A DNA stretch of 64,000 nt, from assembly GCA_016190245.1 (NCBI GenBank), contig JACPQY010000085.1:35095-99094 (forward strand), read 5' to 3'. A program made the translations under genes and the position numbers. The DNA comes from Nitrospirota bacterium (lineage in GTDB: Bacteria > JACPQY01). Shown in pieces: positions 18,396 through 28,100 of this stretch (position 1 is its first letter; every line of letters starts with the position of its first letter). The notes beneath the pieces are model-generated. The model worked only from the letters and a program-made list of their open reading frames with translations. It did no database searches and had not been told where the DNA came from.

Positions 18396-19069
18396 GGTGG
18401 GCCCGCGCTCGTTTCCACCTGCCCCCCTGTCTGGATCGCGCCCTGGTTCACTTTCACAACGGCGACCGCGCGCGGCGCCGCTGGCGTGGGCGCCCGGCGG
18501 CGAAGTTCGACTTCGTAGAAGTAGGGACCGGTCCAGACCGGCTTCGTGCCCACGTACATCTCCCGCAACCCTTCCAAGCGGACGAGGTAGCGATCGCCTT
18601 TTTGCGAGACGATCCGGCCCTCGCCCACGTGAAACACTTCCGAGATCTGATTGCGCCGGATGTCCTCGAGGCGGTCCGAGACACGAACGTCGAACTCGGC
18701 AAGGACGACCTTGTCCATCATCGCGCGCACCGCTGCGAACGCCTTGTCCGCTGTGGAGTAGTTCCAGTTTGCGAAGGAGAGGATGAAGGACTTGGCGGTA
18801 TCCTCGATGTACTCGGTCGGCACCTCGCCCGGGCGGAACACGCCGCCTTCGGAGGCACCGGGGACAACCAATACCGGTCGCGGCCGCGCGGCGAGGTAGA
18901 TCAGGCCCACAAAGAGCAGGCCCGCGAGGGCCGTGACGGAGACGGCATAGAGTCGCACGACGTTGTAGCGGGCTTCGGCTTCGCCCCAGACTTCCCAGAA
19001 TTTCGGCAGTCGGGAGTCGGCAGTCGGGAGTCGAGGGACGGGAGTCGGGTGGCGATCACTAGCGGACAT
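18392..19069 (-). CDS. traE: F-type T4SS protein TraE (VirB8-like)
   Basis: One N-terminal TM then VLVVPG..EYIEDTAKSFILSFANW; downstream of traL; SD GGAGG. Confidence 0.7.
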   Translation of the reverse strand: MSASDRHPTPVPRLPTADSRLPKFWEVWGEAEARYNVVRLYAVSVTALAGLLFVGLIYLAARPRPVLVVPGASEGGVFRPGEVPTEYIEDTAKSFILSFANWNYSTADKAFAAVRAMMDKVVLAEFDVRVSDRLEDIRRNQISEVFHVGEGRIVSQKGDRYLVRLEGLREMYVGTKPVWTGPYFYEVELRRRAPTPAAPRAVAVVKVNQGAIQTGGQVETSAGPP

Positions 19070-19595
19070 GCCCACCTCCCTCCGGCCCAGCCGGGCTTGA
19101 CCATGGAGCGTTTGCGGAGCGATTAGGCATCGTCTGCCCGGGCGAAGCCGCCGTTCGAAGGATCGCCTGGATGAGGCGGGTCAACATCCTTCCGACATCG
19201 TCCATGAGCGGCTCCATCTGAGGATCGAGCGTGTAGCCGAGGTCCCGGACCAGATCGGACAGCGTGTCCACCTCGCTCAAGGATGCGCGCGACATCCGAA
19301 GAAACCGGACGTACTCCTTGGCAGAACCTCGGGCGGCGCCCTCGGCGATGTTGCACGCTACGCTGACCGCGGCCCTCTGCATCTGAGAGGCCAGACCGTA
19401 TCGCTCGTGCACCGGCCAAGTACGCGTGCAGTGGTAGGCCCTGCGCGCCAAGGCCATCGACTTTTGCCAGACATCCAGCTCCTTGTGGGGTTTCCATGCC
19501 CCTTTCTTTCCGACCTCCAGCTCGGAAACGATCTTTCGGGATTGGGTCTTGGCGACTCCCGACTGCCGAATGCCGACTGTCGCCTCGCGGCTCAC
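19059..19595 (-). CDS. Four-helix-bundle protein (IVS-encoded/Avd-like family)
   Basis: HKELDVWQKSM..WPVHERYGLASQMQRAAVSVACNIAEG..FL..SRASLSEVDT; GTG 19595 overlaps the traL stop; flanked by heptamer repeats. Confidence 0.88.
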   Translation of the reverse strand: MSREATVGIRQSGVAKTQSRKIVSELEVGKKGAWKPHKELDVWQKSMALARRAYHCTRTWPVHERYGLASQMQRAAVSVACNIAEGAARGSAKEYVRFLRMSRASLSEVDTLSDLVRDLGYTLDPQMEPLMDDVGRMLTRLIQAILRTAASPGQTMPNRSANAPWSSPAGPEGGGHVR

Positions 19596-19864
19596 GAGGA
19601 ATACCTCCACCGCCCCCTCTGCGGCTTGGGCCAGCCTTTGACGGGAAGGCCCTTGCGGTAGAGGAAGTGGACGAGGTAGCCCGGCGGTTTGCCCCTCTTG
19701 AGCCTCTTGATGGCGATGACCGCGGCGAGGCCGCCGATGACGGCAAGGACAGCGGAACCCAGCACGAGGTTGACGATCCCCATGGCGGCGGGCAGAACGG
19801 CCCACTCCTCGGGCTCGAGACCGAGGACGGTGATGGGCTTGTCAATGTTCTGGTGGACTCTCAT
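19592..19864 (-). CDS. traL: F-type T4SS protein TraL (VirB3-like)
   Basis: QNIDKPITVLGLEPEE..two TMs..KRGKPPGYLVHFLYRKG matches the TraL signature. Confidence 0.8.
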   Translation of the reverse strand: MRVHQNIDKPITVLGLEPEEWAVLPAAMGIVNLVLGSAVLAVIGGLAAVIAIKRLKRGKPPGYLVHFLYRKGLPVKGWPKPQRGRWRYSS

Positions 19865-20160
19865 CGGACGGTGAACCCGTGAGCCCGGGAACCCGGGAAC
19901 CCGAGAGCCCGGGAACCCCGAAGGCAGCAAGATGCGAGAGCGGGGAACCGGGGAGCTCGGGAGCCCGAGAGCAGGGCAAGAAACCCGGTCCTCCGGGAAC
20001 CGAGAACAGCGTAGGCGGGGAAAGGCGTCATGTGGCCACGACCTCCCGAGCTACCGGCCTCATGCACCGATCCCGCCTTGGCCTTGGCTCACGGAAGCAG
20101 CCGCGGACCGGCCGGCGCATCCGGGGGGTGGAATGGGTGCTCAGTCTGCGCATGGGCGAC

Positions 20161-22926
20161 CTACGGCTCAAGCTCGGCCCAGACCACCCGCGCGACCGCC
20201 GCATCGTAGTACACGACGTCAAGTTTTCCATCGGCGCGGAAGGCAAAGGCGCTATGGAAACCGGGGTTCTCCGTTGGGGAGAGGAGAGTGAGGAACTCCC
20301 ATGTCTCCCGACGATTTGTGGCGTACTTGAGGGCGGCGTTGGTTTCATCGCGGTACGTGACATGGACAAAACCGTCGGCGTCGACCCGCATGAAGGCGCC
20401 GTAACCCACGTCTCCCACGCTGTCCACCGTCTCCACTGTCCAGCCCTCGTCCCCGAGTATGGCGTGGAGCAAGTCACGGGCCGTTGTGTCTTGGTACGCG
20501 ATGTGAACCGCCCCCCCGGGCACAACTCCTATGCTCGGCCAAGCCGCTGTTCCCTCTGCATCTACCACCTCTGTCGTCCACGCGCCCTCAATGCGGTGCG
20601 CGTACCGCAGGTCACCCGAGGGTGCATTCTGGTAGGCCGCGTGGAGCTCGCCCTGACCGACGGCTGCGAGGGCGAAATGGGGGCCGGCCTCCACGTCGTC
20701 GCCCAGATCCGACAGCAGCCACGCTGTGGATCCAAGCGAGCGCTCGGCAATCTTGAGGCGCTTGCTTAGCGCATCGCGGTAAAGGATGTACACGCTGCCG
20801 GCGGCGCCAATGGCGATGCTCGGAGAAGAATCCACCGGCGTCGCCGTGTCGACGACTTCCGACTGCCACGCGCCCGCGGCATCCTTGCGCGCGTACCGCA
20901 GGCGCTGTGTCTCAGCATCGTAGTAGGCCACATGCAACAATCCCTGGCCATCGAGGGCGAGCGAAAGGCCGCGGCCGGGATCCCCAGTATTGTCGATGAA
21001 ACCGTTGCTGCCCGGGTCCCCTACCCAGCCCCCCAGACCGGTGCGGACAACATCCCATAGCCACTCGCGAGACCTGTCGTAGTAGAGCACGTGCAGCTTG
21101 CCGTCAGGCGTGTAGGCGACTCGGGCGTACTCGCCTACGATCCCGAACCCGTCCACGACTGACCTTACCCAGCGCCCGGTCCGGTTGGTCGCATAAACGA
21201 GTTGGCCGCGCACCTCGGCCTTGTAGGCCAGATGCGCAACACCACTAGAATCGACGGCAAGCCCCACGCTGCCGCCATCCCCCGAATCCACAGCCGTGGA
21301 TGCCCACCCTCCCCCGGTGTTCGTGTAGTAGTAGACGGCGTTTCCGGAATGACCTGGGGCGCCGTATCCGCCTCGGGCGGCATGAAGGCTGCCGCCGGGG
21401 CCTTTCGCCAGGGAGCCGCGCTCGGGAAAAGACATTGCGGGGGGTATCACTCCACTTGTAGACCACTCTCCAAGAACCACCATGCGAGTCGTGTGATAGA
21501 GACCGCTTGTAGCGTGATGAAGGAGATGAAGGTTGGCGAGACCGTCGAAAGCGATCCCCAAGGGGTCCCCTGGCGGCTGGGGAGAGAGGCTCAGAGGGGT
21601 GACGACCCAGAGCCCGACGGGCTTCGACGCGTAGCGCAGCCGGGTGTCATAGTGGCTGTCGTAGACGAGATGAGGCATCCCCAGCGCGTCGAACCCGAGA
21701 GTGATGTCGCATCCGGGATCCCCTGAATCGACGCTCTCGGGAAGCCAAATGCCGAGGCCAAGCCGAGTTGCAAGGCGGGCCTCGTATTTGCCGCCGGAGT
21801 AGGCACGCACGTAGGCGACGTGGATGGCACCGCCGGGATGCACCGCGGCCTGCGGGCAGTAGCCCGTGTCGTCGAGCGAATCCACTGTGTCCTGCGACCA
21901 GACCCCGCCGGCCAAGGTCGCATAGCGCAGGTCCTTGTTCGTTTTGTCGCGATGAAAGATGTGGCCCTGTGTGCCATCGAAGACCATCGAAATGTCCCAC
22001 CCATCGTCGGCGGAGGTAGGAAGGACGTGGAGGCTCCAGTCCCGTCCGTCACCGGTGGCGTAGCGCAGGTCGGCAGCCTCGTCGTCGCGGTAGGCGATGT
22101 GGAGAATCCCTCCGGAGTCGAACGCGATCGATGGATATGAACCCCGGTCATGGGCAACCGTGCCGGACACACCGTCCGCAACGACGTCGAAGCTGACGAA
22201 GGCGGGGGCGGAGGTGTCGACCCTCCAGGCGTAGGTCAGGTTCTCCCCTGCTGCGCCAGCCGAATCATATGGCGAGAAGTTCGCCGTGTGGGTTCCTTCG
22301 GAAAGGCCGGACAAGACCCAAGGAGGCACGCAGGGGAGAGGTTCGCCACTGTCCAGGGCACACGTTGTGGAGCACGGTTTGTCGCATGAGAACTCGAACT
22401 GCGCGTCGGTGTCGGGGCTGACGGCCGGAGGTGAGACCGAGAGGAGGACTTGAGGGAGAGTCGTATCGATGATCCAAGTGTGGATGGCAGGGGCATCATC
22501 CGAAACCCCCTCGACCAAGAGGGCCCGAACCTCGAAGACATGTTCCCCATCCGCAAGGGAGTCATACGCCTGTGGAGAGGCGCATGATTCCCATGAGGTT
22601 CTGTCGAGCCGGCACTCGAAACCCGAAACCGAATTCATTCCGTTGAACTCGAAAACTGCTGTTCCGGTGGCACTGGGGTTCGGAGGCACCCGGGTGAGCT
22701 CAGTCCCCACACTCACATCCCCTGCCTCGTCAGCACCCCCTCCTTGTGATCCGGCGCCTTCCGTTTCAGCGGCTTCCTCCGGCGCTGGGTTGCCCCCGTC
22801 ACCCTTGTCCTTCTCACAGGGGCTGACTCCGACTACGAGGGGTACAAGAAGAATGCAGAGGAGTCCAGCCAGAGGACTGCTCAAACTGGCTGCGCTCGAG
22901 GCTAGAACTGGCTGATGATGGGGCAT
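20161..22926 (-). CDS. Secreted protein with two Ig-like modules and a repeat beta-propeller region
   Basis: Ig-like modules FEC.LD..W..C.SP..Y..L.DG.H.F.V.A; many repeats of type S(I/L)A.D..G..H(I/V)AY. Confidence 0.75.
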   Translation of the reverse strand: MPHHQPVLASSAASLSSPLAGLLCILLVPLVVGVSPCEKDKGDGGNPAPEEAAETEGAGSQGGGADEAGDVSVGTELTRVPPNPSATGTAVFEFNGMNSVSGFECRLDRTSWESCASPQAYDSLADGEHVFEVRALLVEGVSDDAPAIHTWIIDTTLPQVLLSVSPPAVSPDTDAQFEFSCDKPCSTTCALDSGEPLPCVPPWVLSGLSEGTHTANFSPYDSAGAAGENLTYAWRVDTSAPAFVSFDVVADGVSGTVAHDRGSYPSIAFDSGGILHIAYRDDEAADLRYATGDGRDWSLHVLPTSADDGWDISMVFDGTQGHIFHRDKTNKDLRYATLAGGVWSQDTVDSLDDTGYCPQAAVHPGGAIHVAYVRAYSGGKYEARLATRLGLGIWLPESVDSGDPGCDITLGFDALGMPHLVYDSHYDTRLRYASKPVGLWVVTPLSLSPQPPGDPLGIAFDGLANLHLLHHATSGLYHTTRMVVLGEWSTSGVIPPAMSFPERGSLAKGPGGSLHAARGGYGAPGHSGNAVYYYTNTGGGWASTAVDSGDGGSVGLAVDSSGVAHLAYKAEVRGQLVYATNRTGRWVRSVVDGFGIVGEYARVAYTPDGKLHVLYYDRSREWLWDVVRTGLGGWVGDPGSNGFIDNTGDPGRGLSLALDGQGLLHVAYYDAETQRLRYARKDAAGAWQSEVVDTATPVDSSPSIAIGAAGSVYILYRDALSKRLKIAERSLGSTAWLLSDLGDDVEAGPHFALAAVGQGELHAAYQNAPSGDLRYAHRIEGAWTTEVVDAEGTAAWPSIGVVPGGAVHIAYQDTTARDLLHAILGDEGWTVETVDSVGDVGYGAFMRVDADGFVHVTYRDETNAALKYATNRRETWEFLTLLSPTENPGFHSAFAFRADGKLDVVYYDAAVARVVWAELEP

Positions 22927-23000
22927 GGCGCGTTCACCTTTCATGAAATCCCTTGACCGGGCCGAGGGCACTCGGTGGCCTCATTGCCTGTCGTGGGGCA

Positions 23001-23495
23001 TCAGGGGCAGGTTTGGGCGGTCACGAACGCCGCCTGAATGACCGCCGGGCCCAGCATCAGGATCAGGCCACCTCCCATACCGCCAGCGACGTATCCCCAC
23101 TTTCCCGCGAAGGCCGCCACAGCTCCCCCTGCCAGGAAGGCAAAGGCGAGCGCTTTGCCGGCGAAGCCCTCGACGAGCTTGATGACCGTGCAGGCCACTT
23201 CGGTCACCTGCGTGTTGACTTCGTCCATCGGCGTTTGCGCCCACGCCCGCGCCGCCACGAAGACGGCGGCGATGATGACCGGCGCCCAGACGGGCCTGAT
23301 TGTGTTCGGTGTTCGATCGGCGGCGGCGCGGAAGGCTTGGAGGCGCATCCAGGCCCCCAGGGTGCGGAGGCGTTCCGCGGACCGCCCGACCACCAATGCC
23401 GTGACCAGAAGCGCGCGCGGCCAGGTTCCTGCAAAGGGCAAGATTCCCCTCGCATCCGCCTTTCTCGGCGTCTCGTCAGCTTGGTTTCTTTTCAT
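23001..23495 (-). CDS. Conjugative pilin precursor (TraA/VirB2-like)
   Basis: Long leader ending ARAWA, then two hydrophobic helices (AGKALAFAFLAGGAVAAF, GGMGGGLILMLGP); SD GAGGAGG; in the traV-pilin-traL-traE block. Confidence 0.65.
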   Translation of the reverse strand: MKRNQADETPRKADARGILPFAGTWPRALLVTALVVGRSAERLRTLGAWMRLQAFRAAADRTPNTIRPVWAPVIIAAVFVAARAWAQTPMDEVNTQVTEVACTVIKLVEGFAGKALAFAFLAGGAVAAFAGKWGYVAGGMGGGLILMLGPAVIQAAFVTAQTCP

Positions 23496-23535
23496 GGTTC
23501 CTCCTCTTCGATTGGCTTTCATCGCAAACATCCCC

Positions 23536-24117
23536 TCACTTCTTCTCTGCTTCATCGGGCGCCTGAAGCTTCCACTCGCCGGGATCGAGCAGCACGAACT
23601 CATGGTGACCCGGGAGGAAAGTGCCGGAGACGATCATCGGGGGCATCCAGACCCGCTGGACGAGGGGGCGCTTCCAGACGTAGTGCTCCACTTCCGTCAT
23701 TTCCTGCCGCAGCGTGACCGCTTCCTGGAGTCCTCGTTTATATCCTTTCACGTAGGCTTCTTTGAGGTCCTTCCCTGAGGCCTTGGGGAGGTCGGCGTCT
23801 TTGGGTGGCGCCAGCTCGAGGTGGAGCCCCTCCGATTCGCAGCGGAGCGTCTCGCCGATCTGGTCGCACTTGAGTTCCATCTGGGGGGCCTTTCGGCCGG
23901 AGGGCTCGCCGGCCACCGCGTGAGCGGTGAGCAGTGAACAGTGAACGGTGAACAGGAGGGCGAGGAGCCAGGAGTGGGCCGCCATCAACCCCACCACCAG
24001 AGAAAAAGAACGCGGAAGCCAGGATCGCTTTCGTCCACAAGGCCAAATACCGACATCAGGATCCGCACTTCCCCTCTCTTTCCACGTTTTCCAACTCATT
24101 CTGGTGACGCTATGCAC
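23536..24117 (-). CDS. TraV-like outer-membrane complex protein (putative)
   Basis: C-terminal PLVQRVWMPP..GTFLPGHHEFVLLDPGEW resembles the TraV motif R.WIAP..G..H.G..V.V.PG.W; no clear lipobox. Confidence 0.45.
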   Translation of the reverse strand: MHSVTRMSWKTWKERGSADPDVGIWPCGRKRSWLPRSFSLVVGLMAAHSWLLALLFTVHCSLLTAHAVAGEPSGRKAPQMELKCDQIGETLRCESEGLHLELAPPKDADLPKASGKDLKEAYVKGYKRGLQEAVTLRQEMTEVEHYVWKRPLVQRVWMPPMIVSGTFLPGHHEFVLLDPGEWKLQAPDEAEKK

Positions 24118-24135
24118 TTGGTCCTCCTGTTAATA

Positions 24136-24164
24136 TTAGACTCCTGAGACCTCGGTTTTGTTCC
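24136..24164 (-). promoter_or_regulatory. ECF-sigma-type promoter, copy 2, followed by SD AGGAGG
   Basis: GGAAC-N18-GTCTAA directly upstream of the traV-like/pilin block. Confidence 0.65.
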
Positions 24165-24291
24165 AAGAATCGGGGGGCGGGAGTCGGCAGTAGGTAATTC
24201 TGGGATATCCGGAAGAACCGGGAGGCCGAGAGGTAGGGATGCCGGGAGGCTGGCGACCCTCCGCCCTGTTGTGGACCTCGCCTGTAACCAT

Positions 24292-25161
24292 TCAAAACGG
24301 CACCTCCAGCCCGGCGCTGCCTCCGAAGGCGCCGAACCAACGGATGCCCAGTTTGAGGATGAGGACGCGCAGGTCGAGTCCCACGTTCCCCCCCACCCCG
24401 ATCAGGTGGCGCGCCTGGGCATCCACGTCCGAGAGTTTCTGCTCGGTGGACTGCTGTCCACCGGAGGTTGCGAGCTTCTGTGTGTAGAAGCCATCCCCGA
24501 CAAATCGGGGCGAAACGAACACGTAGAACCCGGGGAAGACGAACTTGCGGGGCCCGATCTGCCACCACCACTGGGGCCCGATCCCGAGGGTGAGACCGAC
24601 CATGTCCCGAAGCTCCATCCGGCCGCTTGCCCGCACGTTCCCGATCGTGAGGGGCGTGTCCTGAACGAGAGACGTAACGTAGTCGAACTCCGTGAAGAGC
24701 CCGACTTCGGCGCTCCGGCTCCCGGCGAGCGAATAGCGGAGACCCGCTCCGGCGAGGAGACCCGTGGCGCGATCGTCATCGAGGACGGACGGCGAGAGCA
24801 CTCCGCCGATCTTCAGGAAGGCGTCCATCCGCTCCGTGAACCCGTATCCGCCCACGCCGGCGATCACCGTGCCTTCGACGTCGTACGGCGTGCGCGCCGC
24901 GCCGGTGCCGAAGCTGCCGGTGACGCTCAGCCGTTCGCCCAGGATTCCGCCTTCGACGCCCAGCATCCCCTCACCACGACGGAGGAGGTTGGACGGCATG
25001 GAAGATGTGAAGGCGTGCGCGGGCGGCGCGCAGAACGTGAGCAGTGAGCAGTAAGCAGTGAGCAGCAGCGTGGCGAACCCGAGGGCCGGGCGGCGGGGGA
25101 GGAGGGGAGCGGGAGATCCCGGGAGCCGGGGGCACAGTTTGTCGGGGGAGATGATGCTCAT
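24292..25161 (-). CDS. Outer-membrane beta-barrel protein
   Basis: Signal peptide, amphipathic strands, C-terminal aromatic residue (GLEVPF); ATGA overlap with the upstream adhesin. Confidence 0.65.
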   Translation of the reverse strand: MSIISPDKLCPRLPGSPAPLLPRRPALGFATLLLTAYCSLLTFCAPPAHAFTSSMPSNLLRRGEGMLGVEGGILGERLSVTGSFGTGAARTPYDVEGTVIAGVGGYGFTERMDAFLKIGGVLSPSVLDDDRATGLLAGAGLRYSLAGSRSAEVGLFTEFDYVTSLVQDTPLTIGNVRASGRMELRDMVGLTLGIGPQWWWQIGPRKFVFPGFYVFVSPRFVGDGFYTQKLATSGGQQSTEQKLSDVDAQARHLIGVGGNVGLDLRVLILKLGIRWFGAFGGSAGLEVPF

Positions 25162-28100
25162 GGCAGATTGATCACGGCCGTAGCCATGCTCCTCTGAGCC
25201 GTCGTCCCATCCCCCACCTGCCCGTACGTGTTCCCCCCCCAGCACTTGGCGGCACCATCGGACAGGGAGGCGCACGTGAAGTCACCGCCACCCGCTAGCG
25301 ACACGATGCTCGCAAGGCCGAAAACGCCCTTGGGGATGTTCCAATCCGCCGTGGACCCGTCCCCGATCTGGCCGTTCGCGTTGTCCCCCCAGCAGGTCGC
25401 GGTCCCGCTGACATTCAACGCGCACGTGTGGTTCTTGCCGGCGGTCAGCCACAGGTTCCAGCTCCCCGCCACCGCCGCCGGCGTGTTGCGCGTGGTGTTC
25501 GTCCCGTCCCCGAGTTGACCGTCTGTGTTCAACCCCCAGCACTGGGCCGTGCCTCCTGCGCCTACGAAACATGCGTGATCCCCACCCGCCGCGATGCTCC
25601 TGACGCCGGCGGGGTTCCCGGACAGCGTCACGGGTGTGTTCTGGTTCACGTTGTCCCCGTTGCCGAGTTGCCCGCTGGCGTTGTAGCCCCAGCACCGCGG
25701 CGTCCCGTCCGCCAAGACCGCGCACGTGTGGTTGTCCCCTGTGGAAACGGCGACGGCGGTCGTAATCCCGCTCACCGCAACGGGCGTCAAGCTCTGGTTG
25801 TTCGTCCCGTCCCCGAGCTGCCCGCTCGTGTTCAGTCCCCAGCACTTGATCGTGCCATCGTAGATGAGCGCGCAAGTGTGGCTGCCTCCGGCCGCGATCG
25901 CCGCGACCTTCGAGAGCGACGTGGCGCACGACCCCGCGTCACACACGGCCACGGGACTCGTCCTCTCCGTCGTCGAATTGTCCCCCAACTGCCCGTTCGC
26001 GTTCTTGCCCCAGCATTTCACGGTCCCGCCGGCTACCAGGGCGCAGGCGTGCGATCCCCCGCTCGAGACCGACACCACGTTTCCGATGGACGTGATCTTG
26101 ACCGGCGTGGTGCTGTTCGTCGTGCTACCGATGCCGAGCTGACCGTTCGCGTTCAGCCCCCAGCAGCGCGCCTGGCCATCCGTCGCCACCGCGCACGCGT
26201 GGCCGTCACCGGCCGAGATCGGCTCGTGCGCCCGTGTGGCGCCCGCCCCCGAGCCTGAGGCGCGCGCGCGGGTCGGCGCGATCAGACCGACCGGACCTTC
26301 GAGCACGGTCACGGCGCCCGGGCTGGCGCAAGGGGCCCCACACACTCGCCCCAGAGGGCTGTTCGGGGTGTTGTATCCCCAGCTCTGGAGCGTCCCATCG
26401 GCCATGAGGGCAAAGCTCGTCTGGCTTCCGTTCGAGGCCCACGCCACGGACGTGAGCGTCTGCACCGCCCCGGAGGACTTGCCGCACGCATTGCCGGAAC
26501 AGTCGTCCGGCCCTGTGTTGGTCCCATTGCCGAGCTCTCCAGTTGTGTTGCTCCCCCAGCATCGTTCGGTCCCGTCCGACATCACCGCGCAATTGTGGTC
26601 GGCTCCGCCCGCGCTCGAGCCCGTCACCCCGAGCGCACCCGTACCAGCGCCGAACCCCGCGACAATCACCGGCGTGGTGGAGTTCGCCGTTCCCCCGTTC
26701 CCCAACTGGCCGTTGTTGCTCAGCCCCCAACACCGCGCCCCGCCGTCCGACAGCCTCGCGCACGCGACCCGGCTCCCGGCCGAGATCGAAACGACATTCG
26801 AGAGGCTCCCCACCCCGCCCACACCCAGCACCGTCTGGGCTGTCATCGCGCAGGACTGCCCGTTGCACACCTCGGGGCCCGACCCTGAGCCCTCCCCGAG
26901 CTGCCCGACGTTATTCCAACCCCAGCACTTCGCGCCGCCCCCCGAGGTGATCGCGCACGCGTGACTCCCGGTCGTGGAGATGGCCGTGAAAGTGTTTCCC
27001 CCGCTGACCGCGGCGGGCGTGTAGGTGTCCGTCGTGTTCCCGATCCCCAACTGGCCGTAGTAGTTGTCGCCCCAGCAATACGCGGCTCCATCGGAACGCA
27101 GCGCGCACGTGTTTTCGCTGCCCACGCTGATTGCCACGACATTCGCCAGCGAGCCCTGCACCTGCAAGGGCAGCTTCGAGCAGGCCACGCTCGAACAGGT
27201 CTCCGGACCCGTGTTGTTCCCGATCCCGAGTTCCCCCTGAGCGTTTCTGCCCCAGCACCAGACATACCCGTCGGCCTTGAGGGCGCAGGCGTGGGGCTCT
27301 TGGTTGTTGGGCCCTGCGGAGATTGCCACCACAGCGGAGAGACCGCTCACCGTCACCGGAGTCGTGGAGGCGGTGGTCGTGCCGTTCCCGAGCTGACCGT
27401 ACGTGTTGCCCCCCCAGCATTTCACGGTACCGTTCCCCACCAGGGCGCACGAATAGTCATCCGCGGCAGAGCCTCCTGCGCTGAACCCCTGCACGGCCTG
27501 CGTGCTCCACGTGTAGGCGCTCTTCTCCACCACGTTCGTGTCCACGTTCCCTGCCTGGTCCCGAGCGCGGATCACGAAGAAATAGCGAGTCCCCGAGTTC
27601 AGCGTCGTGGCCGAGTAGGACGTGGCCCCTGCGGTCGTCGTATACGTCGTGGTGAAGTTGGAGGCGCACGCTCCGTAGGTCGTGTTCCGGCAGATGAGGT
27701 AGACGATGCTGCCCTGAGGAGTAAGCGCGTCTGTCGCCGCCGTCCACGTCAGGTCGATCTGGGTGGACGACACCATGCTCGCCGTGCCCGCACCGGCGAA
27801 TGTCGGTGCGATGCTGTCGTGGACGTACACCAGCCCGTTGGAGGAACCCGAAACGTTCCCGGCCGCGTCGGTCGCCTTGGCCGTGATCGTGTTCATCGCG
27901 TTGGCGGTCACGGCCGTCGTCGCCCCCACGGAGAACGATCCATTCACAGGCGCGCTCCCGGTCCCGATCAGGTTCCCGTCGTCGAATACCTGGATCGTCG
28001 CGTTGGCCTCCGCCCACCCCTTGATGGTGGGCTTGTCGTTGCTCGCGGGGCTGGAAGGAACCGTTTCCAGGTAAGTCGGGGCGTTGGGCGGCGTCGTGTC

